The notes under the pieces were generated by a model. It ran no database searches, was not told the origin of the DNA, and saw nothing but the letters and a program-made list of their open reading frames with translations. A program made the translations under genes and the position numbers. A stretch of 63,886 bases of DNA, filler included, from Acetivibrio sp. (lineage in GTDB: Bacteria > Bacillota > Clostridia > Acetivibrionales > Acetivibrionaceae), in NCBI RefSeq assembly GCF_035371925.1. It is 3 parts of 3 records of this genome, joined end to end, with 100 filler letters (N's around TTAATTAATTAA, not from the genome) between each part and the next. Parts side by side here need not be neighbours in the genome. Positions count along the whole stretch, not along the records: positions 1 to 22,341 come from NZ_DAORXT010000048.1; 2 more parts are not named here. The stretch is one strand, 5' to 3'. Positions within the stretch are counted from its first letter, which is position 1; the number at the start of each line of letters is the position of its first letter. This document shows, piece by piece, positions 10,871 through 20,604 of this stretch.

Positions 10871-10943
10871 TGGCCTCTTGGAATGAAATGAAAGAGGCAA
10901 AAGCGAAGGGACTCGATGTAACGAGCTTTTATTTTTTGTAAGA
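10869..10943. repeat. About 75-bp structured dispersed repeat, copy 1
   Basis: Near-identical to 34712-34785; two hairpins. Confidence 0.85.
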
Positions 10944-11081
10944 CATTCTTATGGATAAAAATTACTTTATGCAAGTATTAGGATAAAATATGAAACAACG
11001 TAAATAATATAAATGCAGCATTGAGGAATTGTTGGCTTTGCCTATATTCACAAATTAAGAATGATTCGGGGAGGACAAAAA

Positions 11082-12758
11082 ATGTTTACAACAACTCTAT
11101 TTATCATACAGTTTTTTTTCTCGGTCATAATAGGACTATATTTTTTAAACCTTTTAAAATCACAGCAATGCAATAGAAGTGCCATTGATAAAGAGTCAAA
11201 AAAAGAGCTGGAAAAACTAAAAAAGCTAAAAGAAATAAAGCTTACGGAGCCTTTATCGGAGAAAACAAGACCTTCTTCGCTAAAGGAAATTGTAGGGCAA
11301 AGTCAGGGAATTAAGGCCCTAAGGGCAGCTCTATGCGGTCCAAACCCTCAGCACGTGATTATTTACGGTCCGCCGGGGGTGGGTAAGACAGCGGCAGCAA
11401 GGGTAATACTTGAAGAGGCGAAGAAGAGTGAAATGTCTCCCTTTAAGAAAGATGCAAAATTCGTAGAAGTAGATGCGACGACAATACGATTTGACGAGAG
11501 GGGAATAGCCGATCCGCTGATTGGATCGGTTCACGATCCGATATATCAGGGAGCTGGAGCCTATGGAGTTGCAGGCATTCCTCAGCCCAAACCCGGCGCG
11601 GTAACCAAAGCTCACGGCGGAATACTCTTTTTGGACGAAATAGGTGAGCTTCATCCGATACAGATGAACAAGCTCCTAAAGGTCCTGGAGGACCGGACTG
11701 TCTATTTGGAGAGTGCGTATTACAGTTCTGAGGACAAAAATATTCCACCTCATATACACGAGATATTTCAAAAAGGACTGCCTGCGGATTTCAGGCTTGT
11801 AGGCGCTACAACCAGAACTGCGGATGAAATTCCTGCAGCAATAAGGTCCCGTTGTGTTGAGATATACTTTAGGCCGTTAACGCCTTCTGAGATAGCTGAA
11901 ATTGCAAAAAGTGCGGCGCAAAAGGGCGGATTTGCCATTGAGGAAGGATGCGCCGAACTGGTGGCCAAATATGCCCAGAATGGAAGAGATGCCGTAAACA
12001 TAGTGCAGATTGCGGGAGGAGTGGCTATTGTAGATGGTAGGAGACTCATAGAAAGAAAAGATATTGAATGGGTAATAGAGTTTGGTCATTATAGCCCGCG
12101 GATTGACAAAAAGGTGACAAAAGGCGAACATGTGGGATGTATAAATGGTCTTGCGGTATTCGGCAACTCAATCGGTACAATAATCGAGATTGAGGTCAGC
12201 GCAATAAGGACTGCCGGAGGAAAAGGTACGATTAAGATATCCGGAATAGTTGAAGAAGAGGAGATGGATGGAAGAGGCCACAAGCTAAGAAAAACAAGTT
12301 CTGCAAGGTCTTCGGTGGACAATGTTATGACAGTCTTAAAGAGGGTTCTCGGTGTCAATTGCGAAGATTATGACATTCACTTGAACTTTCCCGGTGGCAT
12401 ACCCATAGACGGTCCGTCGGCAGGTATTGCCATAGCTGCGGCGATTTACTCTGCCATCAAAAATCTGCCTGTAAGCAGTGAAATTGCAATGACCGGTGAG
12501 ATTTCCATAAGGGGAAAAGTAAAGCCTGTCGGCGGTGTTGTAGCAAAGATTGAGGCAGCAAGAAATGCGGGGATAAAAAAGGTACTTGTTGCAAAAGAAA
12601 ACTGGCAGGATATGTTTGAAGACATGGATATTGAAGTGATACCGGTGGAAGATATATTTGACGTTATTGAGCTGGTATTTGGCAAAGGTGAGGAAAAAGC
12701 GGACAATGTTCAGATAGAAAGCAAGGCTGTAAATATATTAAGTGCATCGGGGGCATGA
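11082..12758 (+). CDS. lonB: LonB/LonC-type ATP-dependent protease (sporulation-type)
   Basis: N-terminal TM helix, GPPGVGKT, LDEIGE, PIDGPSAG (catalytic Ser) and AKIEAA (catalytic Lys); RBS before ATG 11082. Confidence 0.85.
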   Translation: MFTTTLFIIQFFFSVIIGLYFLNLLKSQQCNRSAIDKESKKELEKLKKLKEIKLTEPLSEKTRPSSLKEIVGQSQGIKALRAALCGPNPQHVIIYGPPGVGKTAAARVILEEAKKSEMSPFKKDAKFVEVDATTIRFDERGIADPLIGSVHDPIYQGAGAYGVAGIPQPKPGAVTKAHGGILFLDEIGELHPIQMNKLLKVLEDRTVYLESAYYSSEDKNIPPHIHEIFQKGLPADFRLVGATTRTADEIPAAIRSRCVEIYFRPLTPSEIAEIAKSAAQKGGFAIEEGCAELVAKYAQNGRDAVNIVQIAGGVAIVDGRRLIERKDIEWVIEFGHYSPRIDKKVTKGEHVGCINGLAVFGNSIGTIIEIEVSAIRTAGGKGTIKISGIVEEEEMDGRGHKLRKTSSARSSVDNVMTVLKRVLGVNCEDYDIHLNFPGGIPIDGPSAGIAIAAAIYSAIKNLPVSSEIAMTGEISIRGKVKPVGGVVAKIEAARNAGIKKVLVAKENWQDMFEDMDIEVIPVEDIFDVIELVFGKGEEKADNVQIESKAVNILSASGA

Positions 12759-12882
12759 GAAGAAGGCCATTTACAAAATTAAATTTTAATAATAATATAT
12801 TAGTGATAATGTGTTCGTTCAAAATCGGAACTGAGTATTATCGCTGAATATTATTTTTAAAATTTACAAAGCGGGTGTTTGA

Positions 12883-13902
12883 ATGAAGGACATTTTTATA
12901 CTGGGAATAGAGACAAGCTGTGATGAGACTTCTGCATCGGTTGTGAAAAACGGTAGACAAGTGCTTTCAAACGTTATCTCATCCCAGGTTGGTCTTCACC
13001 AAAAATTTGGAGGTGTTGTGCCCGAAATTGCTTCAAGAAAGCATGTCGAGCTCATAATGCCGGTTATTCATCAAAGTCTTGAGGAAGCCGGAGTCAAAAT
13101 CGAAGAGGTGGATGCCATAGGAGTGACATACGGCCCTGGCCTTGTGGGAGCGCTTTTGGTTGGGCTTTCGGCAGCTAAAGCTTTGGCATTTGCCTTAAAC
13201 AAGCCCCTTATCGGAGTACATCATATTGAAGGGCACATAGCTGCCAACTATATAGAATACAGCTCATTGCAGCCTCCTTTTGTATGTCTGGTTGCCTCTG
13301 GAGGCCACAGCCATATTGTGCATGTACAGGATTATGACAGATTCGAGATAATGGGAAAAACCAGGGACGATGCCGCAGGAGAGGCTTTTGACAAAGTTTC
13401 AAGAGCTGTCGGTCTGGGATATCCCGGTGGGCCGGCTATTGACAAAGCTGCAAAATTGGGAAACAGCAAGGCGATTGATTTCCCGAGAGTACATTTTGGC
13501 GGCGACAGTCTTGATTTTAGCTTTAGCGGGCTTAAAACTGCGGTACTGAATTATCTAAATACCATGGAGCAAAAAGGGGAAAAGTACAAGGTGGAAGATG
13601 TATGTGCCAGCTTTCAGTCAGCAGTTGTGGATGTTCTTACGGACAACCTTGTTTCGGCAGCAAAGAAAACAGGTGTGAAAAAAGTGGCATTAGCCGGCGG
13701 GGTGGCTGCAAATTCTCTTTTGCGCAGCGAGCTTGCGAAAAAGGCCGAAAGGCATCAGCTGGATGTATTTTATCCAAAGCCGATACTTTGTACCGATAAT
13801 GCAGCAATGATAGCTTGTGCCGCTTATTATGAGTTTTTGAAAGGTCATAGGTCCGATGTATACTTAAATGCTGTACCCGGATTGAAGCTGGGTGAAAGAT
13901 AA
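12883..13902 (+). CDS. tsaD: tRNA N6-threonylcarbamoyladenosine synthase TsaD
   Basis: [40 protein letters not shown]. Confidence 0.97.
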   Translation: MKDIFILGIETSCDETSASVVKNGRQVLSNVISSQVGLHQKFGGVVPEIASRKHVELIMPVIHQSLEEAGVKIEEVDAIGVTYGPGLVGALLVGLSAAKALAFALNKPLIGVHHIEGHIAANYIEYSSLQPPFVCLVASGGHSHIVHVQDYDRFEIMGKTRDDAAGEAFDKVSRAVGLGYPGGPAIDKAAKLGNSKAIDFPRVHFGGDSLDFSFSGLKTAVLNYLNTMEQKGEKYKVEDVCASFQSAVVDVLTDNLVSAAKKTGVKKVALAGGVAANSLLRSELAKKAERHQLDVFYPKPILCTDNAAMIACAAYYEFLKGHRSDVYLNAVPGLKLGER

Positions 13903-13904
13903 AA

Positions 13905-14311
13905 AGCTGTGGATAACTTTTTAGTTAATCCACAGCTAATTTATTTTCCTACACAACGAATATTGGCGTAAAGTGGTATAAAAGTAAGAGAATGAATTGA
14001 GATAAAAATAGGAATACAGGACTATTTTTTTTCTTAAATTTTAGCCGTCAATTGAAAGAGAAACTCAAGAATATAATTAGATTATATTAGAAGCCAGTAT
14101 TTTCAAGGTTTTTGGACGTACGTTCCGTTTGAAAGGTATTTTTAAAGAGAATGTTTACATAAATAAATTAGGCCGAAAGTCCTATTTAAAAAAGATGTTC
14201 GTTTGACGAAGGTTGTTGAAATATGTCGTGTGAATATTGTGGAAATATTACTTAAACCCAGTTGTCCCAAAAGGTCAAACATGTGGATAACGCTGTGGAT
14301 ATTGTGGATTA
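13905..14311. promoter_or_regulatory. DnaA-box-like cluster
   Basis: Perfect TGTGGATAA at 13908 and 14282; variants at 14229, 14238, 14294, 14303; one inverted copy near 13926. Confidence 0.5.
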
Positions 14312-14572
14312 ATTTTAATACATGGGGACAAATGAATAAAAAAATGTTCGAAAATATAGATTGGAAACTTTGACAAAATAAAAATACATTATAGTTTTTT
14401 AGTTTCAAATATTTTAGAAGGTTATCGGCAGATCGTAAATCCCATTCCATTGAATTGTTGAATGTGAATTTATGTAAACTTATACGGATGTGTTTTTTTT
14501 GATTCGGGTAAATTGAAAAGAGGGGAAGGCATTTTGAAAAAGCTTTAAAAAGAACATTCGGGTGGATTGGTT

Positions 14573-15268
14573 TCATCCACCCGAATACATAGTATAATAC
14601 TGCATAACTTTTTTAACATAATTTTGGGTTTCGTTAAAAGGAGGAACACCGCCGTATTTGATAACGTTGTACGGACCTGCATTGTATGCTGCAAGGGCAA
14701 GAACCATATCACCGTCAAATCTTGCGAGCTGGTCTTTGATATACCGTGTTCCGCCGTCAATGTTCTGAGCAATATCCCAAGGGTCACTGACATTTAAGGC
14801 ATCCGCGGTTCCGGGCATCAGCTGCATCAGGCCTTGGGCACCCGAATGGGAAAGGGCGTAAGGGTCAAAGTTGGACTCCTGTTTGATTATTGCCCTTATC
14901 AGGTTTTTGTTGACACCGTATTTTGCAGAGGCCGCGTCAATACACCGGTTTATCAATTCCATGCGCGCATTACTATCCTCGGGTATATATGCGGTACTCT
15001 TGGCTCGGGAAAGCTTGGCTCTTTGAACGTCAGCGCTTCTGTCGTTACCTTCTTTATCCACTGCTTTTGCACTTGAAGTTGAACCCGATGTACCGTAAGC
15101 ATCCAGGCTGAAGGAATAGATACTTTCATCAACATCATTGCTGCCGTCTATGACCGCACTTAGCACCTGGCTGAAGCTCGAGGAAGATTTGGCGAATTTA
15201 ATCGGAACTCTGCTTTGAATTTCATTTAATTTTTGCGCAAATATATCACTGACTTTCAAGCTTATCAC
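14573..15268 (-). CDS. Soluble lytic transglycosylase (SLT domain)
   Basis: IKQESNF (catalytic Glu), AQGLMQLMP and AAYNAG motifs. Confidence 0.9.
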   Translation of the reverse strand: MISLKVSDIFAQKLNEIQSRVPIKFAKSSSSFSQVLSAVIDGSNDVDESIYSFSLDAYGTSGSTSSAKAVDKEGNDRSADVQRAKLSRAKSTAYIPEDSNARMELINRCIDAASAKYGVNKNLIRAIIKQESNFDPYALSHSGAQGLMQLMPGTADALNVSDPWDIAQNIDGGTRYIKDQLARFDGDMVLALAAYNAGPYNVIKYGGVPPFNETQNYVKKVMQYYTMYSGG

Positions 15269-15456
15269 CCGTTCTGTTTTTGAATTTGGCTGCCAAGCAA
15301 TAGTTTTTCGAAGATTTATATAACTTTAAAAATAATATCGGCATCAACCGCCTCAAGCATAACACTAAATGCATAATATAATGGGAGGAAATTCAAAGCA
15401 GAACGACCGAAAATTATATTAAAGGAGAGCAGCAACAAAATTGTGAAAATACAGTC

Positions 15457-15777
15457 CTAACAGACTACTTTTTTTACCCGTTTGACAAATTTGGAGCAGA
15501 CCTTTTTGCTTCTGCCGTCATATTTGCGCACTGTAAACAGCTCGCATGTACCGAAAGCTCTATCTTCCAAATTGGAGGTGTCAAAGATAATAAAGTGTTC
15601 GCAGTCTATGCAAGTATGTATTTTTCTCTTTATAGTGCTGAACGCGGGCATGAATCTGTGTTTGGAACAAACGTAATCCGAAGACACTATTCCTTTTTCG
15701 ATGCATAATACATCGTTGTTTATATTTATAGCTGTTCCTTTAAGGCAATTGCTGCACGATCTTTTTAATTTCTTCAA
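15457..15777 (-). CDS. Small Cys-rich hypothetical protein
   Basis: GGAGGAG RBS before TTG; two CxxC-containing units. Confidence 0.65.
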   Translation of the reverse strand: MKKLKRSCSNCLKGTAININNDVLCIEKGIVSSDYVCSKHRFMPAFSTIKRKIHTCIDCEHFIIFDTSNLEDRAFGTCELFTVRKYDGRSKKVCSKFVKRVKKVVC

Positions 15778-16148
15778 AGTTTACTCCTCCCAACAAATAT
15801 TACCGGAATCTACTGTTTCCAATACACTGACCTTGAATCCAATAGCTTTGGCGGTTGAGATTTTGGAAATTTTAAGCGGACATTTGCCCTTTCAATTTTT
15901 ATATAAAAATTATTGAAGAATTATCTCTAATTCTGTTTTTGAATAATAATATAAAGTTGTCTCGGTACACAATATTATAACACCACATAACTGCTTGTGG
16001 AAGGATGTGGGAAATAATATTCATTAATTTTATTTAAAAAAAGAAGCCATTAAGGTATAATAATGTAAAACCCTTGAATTGCATTGGGGTGTGGACATAA
16101 TGCAATGTTATCAAAATAAATCATAGTAATGCTACAAAGGAGATATTT

Positions 16149-16619
16149 ATGAAAAAACCTATTGTTTTAAGAAAAAGGTATGTACCCTCTGAAATCATTG
16201 ATATAAGCGGAGATGAACTGATTTTCAGGAATGAAGAGCTTCTGATAACGAAGTGGGAACCGATAAAAAAGCGTCCGGATATTTCCGGAGGGATTTCGTT
16301 TGCATTTTTGAAGGAGGGCTATAAGGTCAGCAAATTTTTCGGCCCGTACGGCGAGTTTAAATACTGGTACTGCGACATAATAAAAGTTTTATATGATGAG
16401 AAACAGGATAAATATACGTTGGTGGATTTACTCCTTGATGTTAAAATAATGCCCGACGGCCGGGTTGAAGTTCTGGATGCCGATGAACTTGCTGAGGCAT
16501 TGAGGAATAATATAATAAGTCAGGATGAAGCCTGCATGTCGCTTGGCATATTGGATAAAATACTTAAGATGGCTTATAGCGGCAAATTTCCGCCGGAGGT
16601 TTGCTTGAAAGATTATTAA
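16149..16619 (+). CDS. DUF402 family protein
   Basis: WYCDI..VDLLLDV..VLDADEL motif; GGAG RBS. Confidence 0.8.
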   Translation: MKKPIVLRKRYVPSEIIDISGDELIFRNEELLITKWEPIKKRPDISGGISFAFLKEGYKVSKFFGPYGEFKYWYCDIIKVLYDEKQDKYTLVDLLLDVKIMPDGRVEVLDADELAEALRNNIISQDEACMSLGILDKILKMAYSGKFPPEVCLKDY

Positions 16620-16659
16620 TTGCAACATATTAAACTATGTAGGTAAGGAGCATTTAATA

Positions 16660-17508
16660 ATGGATAGGTTTATTGACATGCATACCCACTCTGTTGCATC
16701 CGATGGCAGTATGCGTCCGTCAGAGCTTGTAAGGCACGCAAAGGAAAGCGGTTTATCGGCAGTAGCTCTTACGGACCACGATACTGTTGACGGCATAAAA
16801 GAGGCCCTTGAGGAAGGGGAGAGACTGGGATTTGAGGTTGTTCCCGGTGTGGAAATAAGTTTGGATTTCGATACTGAAATGCATATGCTGGGTTACTTTT
16901 TTGGCGAAAGCTATCTTAATATTGAACCTGTTCTTAAGAGATTGAGGGAAAACAGGGAAAAAAGAAATCCCAAAATTGTTGAAAATCTTAGCCGCATGGG
17001 ATTTGATATTACCATTGATGAGGTCATAGCCGAGGCCCAGGGAAGGGTGGTGGCAAGGCCGCATATAGCAAGCGTAATGGTAAAGAAGGGTTATGTAAAA
17101 AGCGTTGCGGAAGCTTTTGAAAAGTACCTTGCCAATGGCAAGCCTGCCTATGTAAAAAGGGAGACTTTTACTCCGGAAGAAGGCATAAAGGCAATAAGGG
17201 ATGCGGGAGGAATTCCTGTTTTGGCCCATCCGATTTATTTGGGACTTAGTATTGAAGGGCTTGACGGGCTTTTGACACGGTTGGTTACTGCAGGTTTGAA
17301 AGGAATTGAGGCATACTATGTGGATAACACTGCTGATGATACCGGAAATCTTTTGAGGCTTGCCATAAAGCATAATATTGTACCTACAGGAGGAAGCGAT
17401 TTTCATGGCAGGTTTAAGCCTGATATCAGCATAGGGAAGGGCAGGGGAAATTTGAGGGTGCCCTATGAGGTTCTTGAGAGATTAAAGAGTGTTGCAAGTG
17501 TTGTATAG
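16660..17508 (+). CDS. PHP-domain phosphoesterase (TrpH/YciV-like)
   Basis: DMHTHS.ASDG, TDHD, VLAHP and GGSDFHG motifs. Confidence 0.9.
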   Translation: MDRFIDMHTHSVASDGSMRPSELVRHAKESGLSAVALTDHDTVDGIKEALEEGERLGFEVVPGVEISLDFDTEMHMLGYFFGESYLNIEPVLKRLRENREKRNPKIVENLSRMGFDITIDEVIAEAQGRVVARPHIASVMVKKGYVKSVAEAFEKYLANGKPAYVKRETFTPEEGIKAIRDAGGIPVLAHPIYLGLSIEGLDGLLTRLVTAGLKGIEAYYVDNTADDTGNLLRLAIKHNIVPTGGSDFHGRFKPDISIGKGRGNLRVPYEVLERLKSVASVV

Positions 17509-17560
17509 TTTTGTAGGGTGTAATTGTAAAATGAATGGGTTGGCTTCCAATTCAAGGGTG

Positions 17561-17588
17561 TTGACAGATAAAATAAAAATGATATAAT
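17561..17588 (+). promoter_or_regulatory. sigma-A promoter for smpB-ssrA
   Basis: TTGACA-N16-TATAAT with an extended TGn -10. Confidence 0.65.
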
Positions 17589-17687
17589 ATTTACGAATGA
17601 TGAATATATTTTTATATGCGCCCTTTCACTGCGAAGGGTTATTTTTATCGGTCAAATTGTAACATTAAAGTGACAGGCGGTAATATA

Positions 17688-18152
17688 ATGGCAAAGGAAG
17701 AAAAAAAGGTTGTAGCGCAGAACAGAAAAGCAAGGCATGACTATTTTATTGAACAGACTATTGAAGCGGGGATTGTTTTGTCGGGTACTGAGGTTAAGTC
17801 AATCAGGGCCGGCAAAGTAAGCCTTAAGGATAGTTATGCCAATGTCAAGAACGGTGAAGTGTTTATATACGGTATGCATATTAGTCCCTATGAGCAGGGA
17901 AATATATTTAACAAGTACCCGTTGAGGGACAGAAAGCTTCTTTTGCACAGGGCCGAGATAAACAAGCTTATAGGTTATATTCAGCAGAAGGGAATGACTT
18001 TGGTACCGCTGGAAGTCTACTTTAGGAAGGGTAAAGTGAAGATTGAGCTGGGCATAGGAAAAGGTAAAAAGCTTTATGACAAGAGAGAAGATATTGCAAA
18101 AAGGGAGGCCCAGAGAGAAATTGATAAAAGGATTAAAGAAAGCTTTAGATAG
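17688..18152 (+). CDS. smpB: SsrA-binding protein
   Basis: [31 protein letters not shown]; lies directly upstream of tmRNA. Confidence 0.97.
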   Translation: MAKEEKKVVAQNRKARHDYFIEQTIEAGIVLSGTEVKSIRAGKVSLKDSYANVKNGEVFIYGMHISPYEQGNIFNKYPLRDRKLLLHRAEINKLIGYIQQKGMTLVPLEVYFRKGKVKIELGIGKGKKLYDKREDIAKREAQREIDKRIKESFR

Positions 18153-18175
18153 GTTTATAATTGAAAATTTAACAT

Positions 18176-18561
18176 GGGGGCGTATTGGTTTCGACGGGAT
18201 TGTTGAAACTTGAGTAGCGGGTAGAGGATTCTCGTTGGCCTCTTTAAAAAACGAGAACTAAAAATAAACGCTAACGAAGATAATTACGCTTTAGCTGCTG
18301 CCTAATATAGGCGGCCCGTCAGTCCAAGGTTCCTGCGCCTTGGGTAGCTGGCGTCATTAAGTCAGGCCTTTTGAGTGGGAAGGATAAACTCTAGAACTAT
18401 CACAGTGGTAGCCTTGAGCTGTGACGGATTTTAAAGGATACTGATATCCAAAGCCTGCCCTTGGGCGTTGGGTTGAGGGAATTTTAAAATAAGGGCTGCA
18501 CCCGGAGAAGCTCTTGTGGATATGGTTTCGGACAGGGGTTCAACTCCCCTCGCCTCCACCA
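18176..18561 (+). ncRNA. ssrA: tmRNA; tag ORF ANEDNYALAAA* at 18270-18305
   Basis: GGGGGCG/CGCCTCC acceptor stem with a G3-U pair, TTCGAC, T-arm GTTCAACTC, ACCA end and a canonical tag peptide. Confidence 0.97.
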
Positions 18562-18819
18562 CAATTTGTCTTAAAACCCTTGCGTTGCAAGGGTTTTCGG
18601 CATTTCTATTCTAAACATTTTAATGATTATAAGAGTTTTTAAACGAATAAAAAATTTTTCCTTACTTATTCTTATGTAGTTTTTTCTATAAAGTTTTGTT
18701 TTTGTTGCATAATATGTTTTGAATGTTTTTAATTTCTTCATCTTTAGAATCCAGTTGAAATGTGCTAAAATAAAAACCAACTATTATTGAATTTATACAT
18801 ATACAAGGGGTAAGAAATA

Positions 18820-20604
18820 ATGGCTAAATTAACATTGCAAGAATTGGAATCAAAGCTTTGGAAAGCGGCAGACATTCTTCGTGGAGAGTTAAACGCTGCT
18901 CAATATAAAGACTATATATTTGATTTTTTATTTCTTAAACGCATGAACGATGAGTTCTTTGCTGAAAGAGAGAAAAAGAGACAGGAATTTTTAAAACAAG
19001 GTATGCCGGTTGAAGAAGTGGAAGAGCTTCTAGAAGACCCACAGATTTATGAATCTTTTTTTGTTCCTGAAAGGGCTCGCTGGGACAAGCTTAAAAATCT
19101 TAATTTGAATATTGGGCCTGAATTGGATAAAGCGTTCAAGGCTATTGAAGATGAGCCAAAGAACGTTGAATTGATTGGTGTCCTGACTACGGCAAATTTT
19201 AACGATAAAGAACGAGTTAGCGATAAAAAGCTGTCCCAGTTATTGTTGCTCTTTGATACCATGCAATTAGATACTGACAATTTGGAAAGCTCTGATATGT
19301 TGGGAGATGCTTATCAATATCTCATTAAGGAGTTTGCAGATGAAGGCGGAGCCAAGGGCGGTGAATTCTATACACCGGCCGAAGTGGTTCAGGTGCTTGT
19401 AAATATCTTGAAGCCCCAAGAAGGAGACCGCATTTACGATCCGACAGTTGGCAGCGGTGGTATGCTGATTAAGAGTATTGAATATGTTCGCGATCATGGC
19501 GGCAATCCTCGGAATCTGTCTTTGTTCGGACAAGAAATCAATTTGTCAACCTGGGCGATTTGCAAGATAAATATGATCTTCCATAATGCGAAGGGCGCTG
19601 ATATCCGAAAGGGTGATACCATCCGCAACCCGATGCATCTGGAAGGCGGCGTACTGAAGACCTTTGACAAGGTATTGGCAAATCCTCCGTTCTCTCTGAA
19701 AAACTGGGGTTATGAAGAAGCCATGGCAGATCCATATCATCGTTTTGTGTATGGTGTACCGCCACAGAGTTACGGAGATCTGGCATTTGTGTCCCATATG
19801 ATTGCTAGTTTGAATGCCAAGGGTAAAATGGGTACAGTAGTTCCCCATGGTGTGTTATTCCGTGGTGGGACTGAAAAGAAAATTCGTGAAGGGTTTATTA
19901 AGGATGATTTGATAGAGGCAGTTATTGGACTACCTAGCAATATTTTTTATGGAACTGGTATTCCAGCGGCACTGTTGATTATAAACAAGGACAAACCGCA
20001 GGAGCGTAAAGGTAAAATTCTTTTTGTGGATGCCAGTCAGGGATTTGTGAAAGATGGAAATAAAAATAAGCTTCGTGATGAGGATATCGAAGCTATCACT
20101 AAAGCATTTGATGACTTTGAAGACAAAGAGAAATTCTCTGCTGTGGTGAGCTTGGATACTATAAAAGAGAATGATTATAACCTCAATATCAGCCGCTATG
20201 TGGATACGTCCGAGGATGAAGAGGAAATTGATATTGAGCAGGTTTTGCAGGATATTCGAAATTTGAAGATGGAGATTGCGGATACTGAAGAAAAGCTCAA
20301 TGATTATCTTGAAGAACTAGGATTGGATTGTATGGATATAGATAAATTTGAGGAGAACAAAGGGGAAGAAACTCTTGAGGAAGACGATGATGTTGTAGGA
20401 GATAACTCTTTTTATATAAACGGGGCGATAACAATTCCAGATAGTGCTGACTGGGAAGAATTTTTGGATGAAATGCTTCAGTGGCTTGAGAGTAAGGGAG
20501 CATACTTTTTTGGAGGAACCAATAAAGTTGAGGATAAGGAAGAAGCTGCACGACAGATTTTGAAGGAAACTACTGGTATGAAGTGGGTGGATGACAATGA
20601 GTAG
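18820..20604 (+). CDS. hsdM: Type I restriction-modification methyltransferase with an unusual C-terminal extension
   Basis: GEFYTP, DPTVGSGGML (motif I), NPPF (motif IV), YNLNISRY. Confidence 0.95.
   Translation: MAKLTLQELESKLWKAADILRGELNAAQYKDYIFDFLFLKRMNDEFFAEREKKRQEFLKQGMPVEEVEELLEDPQIYESFFVPERARWDKLKNLNLNIGPELDKAFKAIEDEPKNVELIGVLTTANFNDKERVSDKKLSQLLLLFDTMQLDTDNLESSDMLGDAYQYLIKEFADEGGAKGGEFYTPAEVVQVLVNILKPQEGDRIYDPTVGSGGMLIKSIEYVRDHGGNPRNLSLFGQEINLSTWAICKINMIFHNAKGADIRKGDTIRNPMHLEGGVLKTFDKVLANPPFSLKNWGYEEAMADPYHRFVYGVPPQSYGDLAFVSHMIASLNAKGKMGTVVPHGVLFRGGTEKKIREGFIKDDLIEAVIGLPSNIFYGTGIPAALLIINKDKPQERKGKILFVDASQGFVKDGNKNKLRDEDIEAITKAFDDFEDKEKFSAVVSLDTIKENDYNLNISRYVDTSEDEEEIDIEQVLQDIRNLKMEIADTEEKLNDYLEELGLDCMDIDKFEENKGEETLEEDDDVVGDNSFYINGAITIPDSADWEEFLDEMLQWLESKGAYFFGGTNKVEDKEEAARQILKETTGMKWVDDNE

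Noticed and set aside
14142..14576. 144-aa minus-strand ORF in the tsaD-slt gap
   Set aside because: Low-complexity F/I/L/S-rich composition typical of AT-rich non-coding DNA, overlaps the DnaA-box cluster, no family motif.
15790..15895. Minus-strand leader with GGCAAA...GCCAAAGCTAT.GG..CAAGG, reminiscent of a c-di-GMP-I riboswitch
   Set aside because: No GAAA-tetraloop hairpin, no GACGCAAAGC core and no ATAGC partner to close P2. Needs an Infernal search before any claim.
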